Notes under the pieces: model-generated
What the model saw: the letters and a program-made list of their open reading frames with translations, nothing else
The model's database searches: none
What the model was told of the DNA's origin: nothing
In this document: one piece after another, positions 9,200 through 17,782 of the stretch
How the letters are laid out: the number at the start of each line of letters is the position of its first letter
Numbering within the stretch: the first letter of the stretch is position 1
IMG/VR virus record: IMGVR_UViG_2802428989_000001
Coordinates: 1-64,000 of that record
DNA: 64,000 nucleotides
Source: a virus
Direction: 5' to 3' (one strand)
Translations under genes and position numbers: made by a program

Positions 9200-10180
9200 A
9201 TGAGTTGGCAGATGTGGACGTTCATCGTCCTGGCGTTTATCGCGGTCCCGATCATCGGGGTCGGTCTTTGGATGCTGCGAAAATCCGGCAGTGTTGGACC
9301 CAAGCCCGAGAAGGATGGGCCCAATGACTATGACTACACGTACAAGCTGCGCGACTGGGAGAACCAAGTTGATCGCGTGGAAGAGAATCGCGGAACGTCC
9401 AAGCTGACGATCATCACTGGTGCGGCCATTCTCGCGCTGGCGACGATCATTCTCACTTTCGGATGCTTCACCATCGTTGCGACGCGCAGCGTCGGCATCG
9501 TGACCACGTTCGGGAAGCCCTCCGGCACAACGCTCCAGAACGGCCTACATGCCAAGGCCCCTTGGTCGAACGTGACCGAGATGGATGGCGCGATTCAAAA
9601 TGACGTGTTCAACGGCGACCACCGCGTGAAGATCCGTCTCGGCAACAACTCCACCGCGGACGCAGATGTCAATGTGCGCTGGCAGATTAAGCCCGATGCC
9701 GCTGATGTGCTCTTCGTCCAGTACAAGACGTTCGACAATGTGAAGTCCAACCTGGTCACTCGCTCGCTCCAGTCGGCCATGAATGAGACTTTCGCGTCAT
9801 TCGATCCTCTGGAGCCCAAGAACGCCACGAACGGCGCTGATCTGGGTGCACTGTCGAGGCAGGTTCAACAGCGTCTCATCGCCAAGATCAGCAGCCAGAT
9901 CGACGTGCTGGAGGTCAACGTTCCGATCATCGATTACGACCAGCAGACCGAGGACAAGATCAACCAGTACAACGCCGAGAAAGCCAATACTGCTGTCGCA
10001 GAGCAGGCGAAACAGACGGCAGAAGCGCAGGCCGCCGCCAACAAGATACTTGCGTCGTCGGTGTCCAATGATCCGAACGTCATAATCATGTACTGCATCC
10101 AGAAGTCACTGGAGAAGGGGCAGCCCACCGCTGGCTGCTGGCCGATCAACGGCGCCATTCCCACGGTGCCGGTTCGATGA
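9200..10180 (+). CDS. SPFH/band-7 (prohibitin/HflK-like) membrane protein.
   Basis: Two N-terminal TM helices. 'ATRSVGIVTTFGKPSGTTLQNGLHAKAPWSNVTEMD' matches the SPFH core pattern. Coiled-coil/Ala-Gln-rich C-terminal part. Confidence 0.55.
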   Translation: MSWQMWTFIVLAFIAVPIIGVGLWMLRKSGSVGPKPEKDGPNDYDYTYKLRDWENQVDRVEENRGTSKLTIITGAAILALATIILTFGCFTIVATRSVGIVTTFGKPSGTTLQNGLHAKAPWSNVTEMDGAIQNDVFNGDHRVKIRLGNNSTADADVNVRWQIKPDAADVLFVQYKTFDNVKSNLVTRSLQSAMNETFASFDPLEPKNATNGADLGALSRQVQQRLIAKISSQIDVLEVNVPIIDYDQQTEDKINQYNAEKANTAVAEQAKQTAEAQAAANKILASSVSNDPNVIIMYCIQKSLEKGQPTAGCWPINGAIPTVPVR

Positions 10181-10533
10181 CGACCGTGAACACCCTCACC
10201 GAGTACCAGCGTAGAGCTGCCGAGACAGCTATCTACCCCGGTGCTGATGACATCGAAAGCGTAGACGGTTTGGCCTACGTAACAATGGGTCTCGTCGGCG
10301 AGGCTGGTGAGATCGCGAATAAGGTCAAGAAGATCCTTCGGGATGACGGCGGTGTCATCACTGCTTCCGCTCGTTTGCGACTGGTCTTCGAGCTGGGGGA
10401 TGTGCTCTGGTACCTGGCGCAGACGGCGACCCAGCTGGGGATCGATCTGGATTCGATTGCGGGCATGAACATCGCCAAGCTGGCCTCGCGTTCTGAGCGC
10501 GGCACCCTGCAAGGGTCCGGTGATGCGCGGTGA
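10177..10533 (+). CDS. mazG: MazG-like nucleoside triphosphate pyrophosphohydrolase.
   Basis: 'YVTMGLVGEAGEIANKVKK' and 'ELGDVLWYLAQ' EExxE/D motifs. Confidence 0.85.
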   Translation: MTTVNTLTEYQRRAAETAIYPGADDIESVDGLAYVTMGLVGEAGEIANKVKKILRDDGGVITASARLRLVFELGDVLWYLAQTATQLGIDLDSIAGMNIAKLASRSERGTLQGSGDAR

Positions 10534-11021
10534 AGAAGAAGCGACTGCTGCGCCTTGTCGCCAATGAGCGTGAGCGCGCCGACAAGGCGACGCAGACGAT
10601 TGAACGACTCACTCGTGAGGGTGAACAGAATCGCCAGAATCACAAGGAAACTCGCGAGAAGCTACAACGCACGATGGGACTGATCCGCAAGGCTGAGCGT
10701 GCGACGGCGTATCTCACGCTGCCTGAGTTCGGCTCAATTTCACACTGCCCGATGTGTGACGAGAGGCTTGAAGATATTCAGGTTCACCTCGTTGGCTGGA
10801 CCCAGCCGGACACGCCTTTCACGAAGTCATACAGCGTGCCCACAAGCGGCGGTAGTCCTTACCTGTCAAGCGGATTCGTTAACCGAATTGAATGGTTTGG
10901 CAGTGTCGATAGCGCTGACGAGAATGCTGACACTCCAGCGCATCTGGTCTATCAGTGTGGATGCGGCTACATCTTCCGCACCAAGACGCGCAAGGACACG
11001 CCGAGGGTGGTCATCACATGA
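10530..11021 (+). CDS. Hypothetical protein with a coiled-coil N-terminus and a Cys4 zinc ribbon.
   Basis: GTG start overlapping the mazG stop. 'CPMCDE...CGCGYIF'. Confidence 0.5.
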   Translation: MKKKRLLRLVANERERADKATQTIERLTREGEQNRQNHKETREKLQRTMGLIRKAERATAYLTLPEFGSISHCPMCDERLEDIQVHLVGWTQPDTPFTKSYSVPTSGGSPYLSSGFVNRIEWFGSVDSADENADTPAHLVYQCGCGYIFRTKTRKDTPRVVIT

Positions 11022-11206
11022 CCACACACAAGCGCTACGGCTACAGAGACAGGTATGACCGCGTGACCGGAGACAACGCACAGGCGCGGCGCCTGAATGC
11101 TCAGATAGCGATGATCAGGCGCGCTCGCGAAACCGGGTTCCACATTACCGAGGTCGAGGCCAACCTGGCGGGCTTGCAGTTCAAGCCGCTCGACACCAAG
11201 CCGTAA
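11018..11206 (+). CDS. Hypothetical small protein.
   Basis: ATG at 11018 overlaps the upstream stop. Basic protein. Confidence 0.4.
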   Translation: MTTHKRYGYRDRYDRVTGDNAQARRLNAQIAMIRRARETGFHITEVEANLAGLQFKPLDTKP

Positions 11207-11272
11207 CCGGCTGTGCCGGAACGGGATACGTGCGCCGCGCGTATCAACTACCAGGAATGAAAGGATCAACCA

Positions 11273-11737
11273 ATGAGTGATGACCTATTCGACGGTCCGG
11301 GCTCGGCCGATGTCATCAACTGGGAGGACCTGGAGAAGCGATTGCTACTTGTCCAACCCCTTGAGCTGAAGGTGGGAGTGCCGACCAAGAACTACGGCCC
11401 GAAGGATGCCATTGAGGCCAACGTTCACGTGCTGGACGGCCCGGAGGCTGGCTCGGTGTACCGCAACGGGTACGTCTTCCCGCTGGTGCTGCAAGGTCAG
11501 ATCAAGGGCAACATCGGAACTGGCCGTTTCAACCTTGGTCGTCTCGGCAAGGGTGTGCCCAAGCCGGGCCAGAAGCCGCCCTGGACACTGAGCGAGCCGA
11601 CCGAGGATGAGAAGTCGCTGGCGCGAAAGTATCTCGCTAGCGACAAGTTCCAGCAGAACATGGCCGCGCCTGTCGCTGCGGCATCCGCACCAGCCAACGA
11701 CCCATGGTCGAACAACAGCGCGGAACCGCCGTTCTGA
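11273..11737 (+). CDS. Hypothetical protein.
   Basis: RBS 'GAAAGGA' before the ATG. Coding bias. Confidence 0.55.
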   Translation: MSDDLFDGPGSADVINWEDLEKRLLLVQPLELKVGVPTKNYGPKDAIEANVHVLDGPEAGSVYRNGYVFPLVLQGQIKGNIGTGRFNLGRLGKGVPKPGQKPPWTLSEPTEDEKSLARKYLASDKFQQNMAAPVAAASAPANDPWSNNSAEPPF

Positions 11738-11791
11738 TGAGCGGCCGAGGCTAGAAGCGGATCAACCCCCCGCCCGATCTGCTCGTCTCGG

Positions 11792-11871
11792 CAGGCGCGC
11801 CCCGCGCCCGATCTCGTCCACAGTGTTTGGTTTCAGGTCCCAATCACTGACGGTCGGGGCGGGGCGCGCCA
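11792..11871. repeat. GC-rich imperfect inverted repeat (GGCGCGCCCCGCGCCCGATC ... GGTCGGGGCGGGGCGCGCC) in a 180-bp non-coding gap.
   Basis: Arms at 11792-11811 and 11853-11871, with a direct 'CCCGATCT' repeat. Possible terminator or regulatory site. Confidence 0.4.
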
Positions 11872-11915
11872 CCCAAAACAACTGACACAACAAGCAAACC
11901 GACGCGGAGAACGAG

Positions 11916-12125
11916 ATGAATGCGCCAGCACCCACCTGCAAGTGCGGTCACGACGATGACACGCATGTTGCGGGGTTCGGCCAGTGCCTCGGCTGCACGC
12001 ACTGCCCTGACATTCCGCACAACGCCAAGTCTGGGCACGTCTACAGCCGATGCCTATGCACCGAGTTCAAGCGCGACGATGAGAGCGCCAGCCAGACGGA
12101 GCGACTGATGGGAATGCAGTGGTGA
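11916..12125 (+). CDS. Small Cys/His-rich (zinc-binding) protein.
   Basis: 'CKCGHDDDTH...CLGCTHCPDIPH...CLCTEF'. Confidence 0.5.
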   Translation: MNAPAPTCKCGHDDDTHVAGFGQCLGCTHCPDIPHNAKSGHVYSRCLCTEFKRDDESASQTERLMGMQW

Positions 12126-12349
12126 GCGCCAAGACTATCCGTGCGCGTGAGATCGTCAATGAGGTCCGCAACGACGCCGCGAATGATGTCAAGAACTTCG
12201 ACGGCCGTGAGCTGACTGGGCGACTGGTCGGCGAAATCAATGGCAACACAAACGGTCTCATCGTGGGTCTGGCCAATTGTATTGAGATGTTGGCGACCGA
12301 GATCGAGCGGCTTGAGAATCGGATGCCACCTCAACAGGGGTGGTGGTGA
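12119..12349 (+). CDS. Hypothetical protein.
   Basis: Start overlaps the previous stop. Coding bias. Confidence 0.45.
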   Translation: MVSAKTIRAREIVNEVRNDAANDVKNFDGRELTGRLVGEINGNTNGLIVGLANCIEMLATEIERLENRMPPQQGWW

Positions 12350-13056
12350 TGTTCACCTACTCCACCTGCGTTACGTGCAACACGATCATGATCGTTACAG
12401 ACCATGACCAGCGTCAGCACCCGGAGTGCGCAGAGAACGCGCCAGCGCCAACGCTGACGCGCGTGGAGCTGCTGACCGAGGAGTTACGCGCCGCACTCAT
12501 TGCTGGCGACCAGTCTGTGTTCGATTCCAAGTTGGCTGAGCTGAATGTGATAGATGATCAGCCGCCACCGCTGGGCCCTTCGGCGCTGTTTTATGCCACA
12601 GAATATGGCTGGCCCGTGTTTCCGTTGGAGGTTGGGGGTAAGCGACCAGCTGTCCCGAAGAAGGATGGTGGCAACGGGTTCAAGGACGCGACGACCGATC
12701 CAGAGCGCATCAAGAAGTTCTGGACCAAGCACCCACTTTGCAACATCGGCATACCGACCGGCATCCATTTCGACGTGATCGATGTGGATGTGCCTGATGG
12801 ATGGCTGTCGCTGCGCGACATGCTGAATGAGGATCGAGTGCCCGACATTCATGGTCGCGTGGCGACCTCATCTGGTGGTGTTCACCTTCTGATCGAACCC
12901 ACCGGCGATGGCAACTCGGCCCGTATCGCGCCAGGTATCGACTACCGCGGCACGGGCGGTTATGTCGTGGCGCCACCCTCACGAATAGACCCCCAGCACC
13001 GCTGGTCGTGGACGGTCAAGCCGTCACCGAAAGTAAAAGGGAGAGAGAAACAATGA
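12340..13056 (+). CDS. Bifunctional primase-polymerase (PrimPol) N-terminal domain protein.
   Basis: 'YGWPVFPL...KRPAV...GFKDATTDPERIKKFW...NIGIPTG...DVIDVD' and 'GIDYRGTGGYVVAPPS' match Prim-Pol domain signatures. Confidence 0.8.
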   Translation: MVVMFTYSTCVTCNTIMIVTDHDQRQHPECAENAPAPTLTRVELLTEELRAALIAGDQSVFDSKLAELNVIDDQPPPLGPSALFYATEYGWPVFPLEVGGKRPAVPKKDGGNGFKDATTDPERIKKFWTKHPLCNIGIPTGIHFDVIDVDVPDGWLSLRDMLNEDRVPDIHGRVATSSGGVHLLIEPTGDGNSARIAPGIDYRGTGGYVVAPPSRIDPQHRWSWTVKPSPKVKGREKQ

Positions 13057-13364
13057 ATGAATCAACTAACACCCATGAAGACCCCATCGTCAAGCATGTG
13101 GACTCCGAAGTCCTGCTAGACATCTGGCTCGATGGATTCTCCAGCGGCATGGCGACTTTGATCCTAAACGCATCCGAGGGGCACGACGACGCGCCACCTG
13201 AGATGGTGCAGGACGCCATGGTCCAGAGAATCGTCAGCGAAATCACGAGCGACCCGGCGGCGATGGAGACAGCGCGTCAGAAGATCTTTGCGCGCGTGCT
13301 CGGCACTCCGCAGTTCGGGACCACCAAGCTCGACCTCGCGCGGGTGGATTCTTCCGATGAATGA
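13053..13364 (+). CDS. Hypothetical acidic protein.
   Basis: Strong SD 'AAGGGAGAG' 8 nt before ATG 13053. Confidence 0.55.
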   Translation: MNESTNTHEDPIVKHVDSEVLLDIWLDGFSSGMATLILNASEGHDDAPPEMVQDAMVQRIVSEITSDPAAMETARQKIFARVLGTPQFGTTKLDLARVDSSDE

Positions 13365-13833
13365 GCTGAATATGGCGATTCGCGAGGCGATCGCGGAGGC
13401 GAGCGACGACGCTACGCCGCAGCGTATCGCGGCGGGACTGGCCGAGCAGATGACCGAAAATGAGGCCAGAACGCACCTGGTGATGTTGATGACTGACGTT
13501 GTGCGCGCGCTCATTCGCGAACGGCGCAACACGGCTCTGGCCAAAGCGATGAGCGAGCTACGCGGCGACAAAGCGAATCAGTCACCGAAACTGGCCGCGC
13601 GCCGTGAGTGGTGGCAGGAGATGCTTGAGTCACGCGTACACGTCGGCGCGAACGACTGGAAACGACTTGGCGACTGCACCGCAGGGGATCTGGAGTTCTG
13701 CATCGCCGAGCGAGAGATTCAGATCAATCGCACGCATCAGCAGATCGACAACTACCGGCATCTGATCAAGTTGATGGACGAGCACCACGCCGAGACGGTC
13801 GATCAGTTGCCACGAGAGGCGCTGGCGGCCTGA
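13357..13833 (+). CDS. Hypothetical protein.
   Basis: ATG 13357 overlaps the previous stop. Coding bias. Confidence 0.5.
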   Translation: MNELNMAIREAIAEASDDATPQRIAAGLAEQMTENEARTHLVMLMTDVVRALIRERRNTALAKAMSELRGDKANQSPKLAARREWWQEMLESRVHVGANDWKRLGDCTAGDLEFCIAEREIQINRTHQQIDNYRHLIKLMDEHHAETVDQLPREALAA

Positions 13834-14053
13834 TGATTACAGACTTCCACCCGGACCAAGTTTTGAGCGCTAACCATATTTGCGTCGTTCGGGTGGAACC
13901 AAACTACCGAGTGCGACCAGTCTCGCGGTGTGACCCATGTGGCCGCCGTCGTACTCGGTTTCAAACTTCCACCTCGGCCCATATGTGGAGCGCTATCCAA
14001 TCAGCATTCGCTCCGAGGTGGAACTCCATCACAACAACACAACGGAAGGATGA

Positions 14054-14791
14054 ATGATGGGAGCGATACTGCGTGACCCGTTGATGGGTCTCCATGCGGA
14101 TGTGCTGAACGATCTCGAATCAGTCAGGATCGCCAACGAGAATCGTCTGCGCACACTCACCGACACCGGCGAAGATGGCCACGGTCTGACGCTGGACAAC
14201 GCCGAAGTGGCCCGCCTGGCGGCGTTGGTGGACGCGCTGAAAGATGCTGAGAAACAGGCGACATCGAACCTACAGAGGTCGATGCGCATACACCCACTGG
14301 GCAACTGGGCCAAGCAGATGACCGGCGTGGGTGAGAAGCAACTGGCGCGACTGCTGGCGGCTATCGGTGATCCGTACTGGAACGACCTGCACGATCGTCC
14401 ACGGCTGGTCTCGGAGCTGTGGTCGTACGCTGGCTACGGAGTGATCGACGGAGCGGCACCGCGGCGGCAGCGAGGTGTCAAGAGCAACTGGTCCGATGAC
14501 GCACGCATGCGCGCCCGACTCATCGCAGAGAAGTGCGTGATGCAGAAGCCGACTGCGCACTATCGCCAGGTCTACGACCGAGCGCGTGAGAAGTACGCGG
14601 ATGCAACGCATGCCGTGACATGCAATCGCTGTGGTCCGAAGGGTAACCCAGCGGTCGCGGGGTCACCCCTGTCGGCGGGGCATCAACACGCGCGTGCGTT
14701 GCGCGTGGTGTCCAAGGAGCTGTTGCGCGATCTGTGGATCGAGTCGCGAAGGATTCATCAAGAGCGTGCGGAGGTTCTGATTGCGGCCTAG
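14054..14791 (+). CDS. Hypothetical protein with an HhH-like segment ('GVGEKQLARLLAAIGDPYWN').
   Basis: Leader motif CATCACAACAAC and an RBS precede ATG 14054. Confidence 0.55.
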   Translation: MMGAILRDPLMGLHADVLNDLESVRIANENRLRTLTDTGEDGHGLTLDNAEVARLAALVDALKDAEKQATSNLQRSMRIHPLGNWAKQMTGVGEKQLARLLAAIGDPYWNDLHDRPRLVSELWSYAGYGVIDGAAPRRQRGVKSNWSDDARMRARLIAEKCVMQKPTAHYRQVYDRAREKYADATHAVTCNRCGPKGNPAVAGSPLSAGHQHARALRVVSKELLRDLWIESRRIHQERAEVLIAA

Positions 14792-14846
14792 AGATCAACT
14801 ACCAGGCAACTAATCATCAATCACAACAACGAAATTGGAGAATGCG

Positions 14847-14975
14847 ATGAAGCGCTGGATATACAAATTCCTGGGCGTCCAAGTACCGGGGTACGACGAG
14901 ACGCCCGCCTACACGGCGACGGTCAAGCGTCTCGGATTCGACCCGGAGACCCTGGCCTGGGTGGTGTCGGCATGA
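14847..14975 (+). CDS. Small protein (42 aa), not in the ORF track.
   Basis: RBS 'ATTGGAGAATGCGATG'. The stop overlaps the next start. Confidence 0.35.
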   Translation: MKRWIYKFLGVQVPGYDETPAYTATVKRLGFDPETLAWVVSA

Positions 14976-15223
14976 GTGTTCTGCCGAGCACCGAAGAAGA
15001 ACTTGAGTGGGAGAGCGGCATTGGTGCGTCTCTGGACAAGCTAATCAGAGAGCACCGAGACCAGACGCGAAAGATGGGCGGAACCCCGCCGCTGAAACTG
15101 CTGGCCGGATTGCTGCACCTCACGTACAAGGCGTATGGAACCGACGAGTTTCTGAAGATCGAAGATCTGATCAACCTGTTTATCGTTGCCATTGATCGGC
15201 TTGCGCAACAGGAGATGTCGTGA
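14972..15223 (+). CDS. Hypothetical protein, paralog family member 1 (C-terminal 'VAIDRLAQQ').
   Basis: First of three tandem homologous genes. Confidence 0.55.
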   Translation: MSVLPSTEEELEWESGIGASLDKLIREHRDQTRKMGGTPPLKLLAGLLHLTYKAYGTDEFLKIEDLINLFIVAIDRLAQQEMS

Positions 15224-15489
15224 TGATGGATGGGACGGAGTTCACCGCCGCTATCGCCGACAAGATCGGCCAATGGGCCAAGGATGTGAACGAAGAACTC
15301 GACGAGATGATCGGCGACCACATAAAGCTGATCAAATCTGTCGCGCCTGATCGCAACGTGGCACTAGTCAGCATCGCATCACGGTTCGCCACGATGCACG
15401 AGAATCCCGAGCAGGGTGAGATCAATGAGCTGTGCAGTCTGTTGGTACTAGCCATTGACCGCCTAGCGCAGCAGCGGGAGTCGTCGTGA
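15220..15489 (+). CDS. Hypothetical protein, paralog family member 2 (C-terminal 'LAIDRLAQQ').
   Basis: Second of three tandem homologous genes. Confidence 0.55.
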   Translation: MMMDGTEFTAAIADKIGQWAKDVNEELDEMIGDHIKLIKSVAPDRNVALVSIASRFATMHENPEQGEINELCSLLVLAIDRLAQQRESS

Positions 15490-15731
15490 CGCACCCGTTC
15501 ACACCCGTACAAGAGGCGGAAGCGTTCGCCTGGTACGCCAAAGTTGGTGCGGAGCTTGATGTGATGCTTGCTTCACAGCCGAAAACCGGGCCGCTGCCCG
15601 CGAAGTTCATCGCCGGAGTGATGGCGCTTGGAGCGTCGATGAGGCCGGAGCTGAAACTGGAGAACCTGATCGATCTACTGGTCGTTGCGGTGGATCGTCT
15701 TGCGCAGCAGCGAGGTACACCCAATGGCTAG
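15486..15731 (+). CDS. Hypothetical protein, paralog family member 3 (C-terminal 'VAVDRLAQQ').
   Basis: Third of three tandem homologous genes. Confidence 0.55.
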   Translation: MTHPFTPVQEAEAFAWYAKVGAELDVMLASQPKTGPLPAKFIAGVMALGASMRPELKLENLIDLLVVAVDRLAQQRGTPNG

Positions 15732-15963
15732 ACAGTCTCGCACCGTCTACAGCTTCCCTGGCGAGCCTGAAGTGCAGTTCATGGGCATTTGCCATGACTG
15801 CAATCAGGCGCAGCCGTTCCTGAATGCACGGTCACGTGATGAGTGGGTGGACGACCATCGCACCTCTCACGGTCACCAGATCACGAAAACGGTTGAGGTG
15901 CATACCGGATTGGCCCGTGTCGAATGCACGATGAATTTTCAGGGAGAGGTGATGAAACGATGA
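15724..15963 (+). CDS. Hypothetical protein with a Cys/His motif ('CHDCNQ').
   Basis: ATG 15724 overlaps the previous stop. Confidence 0.45.
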   Translation: MARQSRTVYSFPGEPEVQFMGICHDCNQAQPFLNARSRDEWVDDHRTSHGHQITKTVEVHTGLARVECTMNFQGEVMKR

Positions 15964-16493
15964 ACCAAGGGCCAAGCAACAAGCACTGGCTGCGAAAACT
16001 GCTGCGGCGTGAGCCGCATCAGCTCATATACAACAGTCATGGTGAGCTGTATCTGAGACGCTGGTACGTCATTCCGCGTAACCCGCTGCTGAATGTCTAT
16101 GTCCACCAATTTATTCACAGTGACGACGATCGCGCGCCACACGACCACCCGTGGTGGTTCGTGTCGTGGGTGCTCAAGGGTCACTACTTCGAGCACACCG
16201 ACGCTGGCGTGATCCGGCGCGAGCGTTGGTCGTGGGCGTTCCGGCGGGCAGTCCATCGGCACATCGTGAAGCTCGACACCGTTACGGTACAGGATCGATA
16301 CGAGGATGGATCGTGGGCAAGAAGTGCTAGTCCGCAGGATGTTCCAGCGTGGACGCTGCTCATCACTGGCCGGCGCTTGCGCCAATGGGGATTCTGGTGC
16401 CCGACGCGGTACACGGTAGGACTGGAGCCGTATAACCCCGCCGCACGCTTTGTCCCGTGGCAGGACTTCGGCGCTGGTGGGTGCGGTGAGTAG
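15960..16493 (+). CDS. Hypothetical His/Trp-rich protein.
   Basis: RBS 'AGGGAGAGG' upstream. ATG 15960 overlaps the previous stop (ATGA). Confidence 0.55.
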   Translation: MNQGPSNKHWLRKLLRREPHQLIYNSHGELYLRRWYVIPRNPLLNVYVHQFIHSDDDRAPHDHPWWFVSWVLKGHYFEHTDAGVIRRERWSWAFRRAVHRHIVKLDTVTVQDRYEDGSWARSASPQDVPAWTLLITGRRLRQWGFWCPTRYTVGLEPYNPAARFVPWQDFGAGGCGE

Positions 16494-17169
16494 CCCATGC
16501 CTGGTACATCACGTGGCCGTGGCCGCGGCCATCGCTATCCCGGTCGCAGCAGTGGGCTACGTCGCGCTGTTCTGGGAGCCACTGTCACGGGCGATCCCGT
16601 ACTCCAGTGGCATCTGTGCGAGCGGTGCGACAGACCATTCAGACACGTCAACATCAGAGCAAGGCTCTGCTACCTCTGCAACGAATCACAACGAAAGGTG
16701 TACGGAGACAGTGAAAACAACCATTGAACGCCTACGCGTCGAACGTGAAGGTGTCGTGAACTACCTGCGAAGCCTCGATGCCGAGATCGAGCGCGAGGAA
16801 ATGTCAGGCATGCCGGTCGAGCCGAGCGAGCCGTTCGCGGTCGTCGCGTTCATCAAGGTTCGCGAGGACGACCAGCAACCGTTGAACTACGCAGCCATTC
16901 GCAACGGCGACAGGTGGGTGCTCACGCAGGACTCACGGTCCAACTACCCGCAGCGCTCGCGCTGCTGGGACGAACTGATGCGGTGGATCGGCCCGGACGA
17001 ATGGCCGACCGTCCGCGTGTTGGTCGAGAAGCGGGACAGCCCGGTCAGTACCGATCAGATCAACATCCACGTGACTGACTCCATTGGTGGTGCTGGTGGT
17101 GGCGGCGGATTCGGTATTGGTGGCCGCCTCAGTGATCAAGCCAAACTCGGTAGGCCCGGCATTCTCTGA
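16450..17169 (+). CDS. Hypothetical protein with a Gly-rich C-terminus (GGAGGGGGFGIGG). Start uncertain: TTG at 16450, or a GTG near 16717.
   Basis: Strong GC3 bias from about 16720 onward. The upstream part (16497..16727) could instead be a separate Cys-rich ORF in another frame. Confidence 0.4.
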   Translation: MSRGRTSALVGAVSSPCLVHHVAVAAAIAIPVAAVGYVALFWEPLSRAIPYSSGICASGATDHSDTSTSEQGSATSATNHNERCTETVKTTIERLRVEREGVVNYLRSLDAEIEREEMSGMPVEPSEPFAVVAFIKVREDDQQPLNYAAIRNGDRWVLTQDSRSNYPQRSRCWDELMRWIGPDEWPTVRVLVEKRDSPVSTDQINIHVTDSIGGAGGGGGFGIGGRLSDQAKLGRPGIL

Positions 17170-17341
17170 TGTTCGTTCTGCGAATGTGGTGGCATTCGTT
17201 TCGCGGTCATGGCGTACTCGGTGAGTCAACCGGGCGCGGTGACCGCGCGGCGTTTATGTGCTCATGTGGACGCGTATGGGAGCTGTAGTGCGCCCGTGTG
17301 GCGCACAATGAGAGGCAATCACAACACATCCGAGGAGTGCC

Positions 17342-17779
17342 ATGGGTTCGGAAACTGAGCTGATCAGCATGATCGAGATGACAATTACCGGGCACTGGCC
17401 AGACAAGCAGCAGGACACCGAGGGTGTGTCGACGCTGAGAACGGTTGCCACGGACATCGCCCGCGCCGTCAGCTATGCCGCTTTCCCGCAGCGTGTTCTA
17501 AACGGCCCTGGGCCGAGCGAGCCGATCGACTGGGGTGAGGCCATGCGCAGAGGCGGTATCACCGCCGTGGACGAGTCACCCGCCGTCAAGTACGTGCACA
17601 CCATTCATGCTCCGCAGGCGATCATTGCGCGGCTGCTGGCAGGTGAAGACCTGACGAGGATGACTCGCGAAGAGTTTTTCGACACCCCCGGTGAGTGGAC
17701 CGCTCTTGGTGTCGATGTTGAGACGGCGCAGCGTTTCGCGGCCATCGGTTCGGCGTCCGAAGACGGTCCGTGGATCTAG
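17342..17779 (+). CDS. Hypothetical protein.
   Basis: Leader motif plus 'GAGGAG' RBS before ATG 17342. Confidence 0.55.
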   Translation: MGSETELISMIEMTITGHWPDKQQDTEGVSTLRTVATDIARAVSYAAFPQRVLNGPGPSEPIDWGEAMRRGGITAVDESPAVKYVHTIHAPQAIIARLLAGEDLTRMTREEFFDTPGEWTALGVDVETAQRFAAIGSASEDGPWI

Positions 17780-17782
17780 TCC

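Noticed and set aside
16497-16727. Cys-rich 76-aa ORF in an alternative frame.
   Set aside because: Its third-position GC (~58%) is lower than the overlapping frame. Kept only as an alternative in the evidence for 16450..17169.
17225-17310. Two short GC palindromes (GCGCGGTGACCGCGC at 17234-48, GTGCGCC-n5-GGCGCAC at 17288-306) in the gap before gene 17342.
   Set aside because: The stems are short (6-7 bp) with no clear U-tract. Probably weak terminator or leader structure, not reported as a feature.
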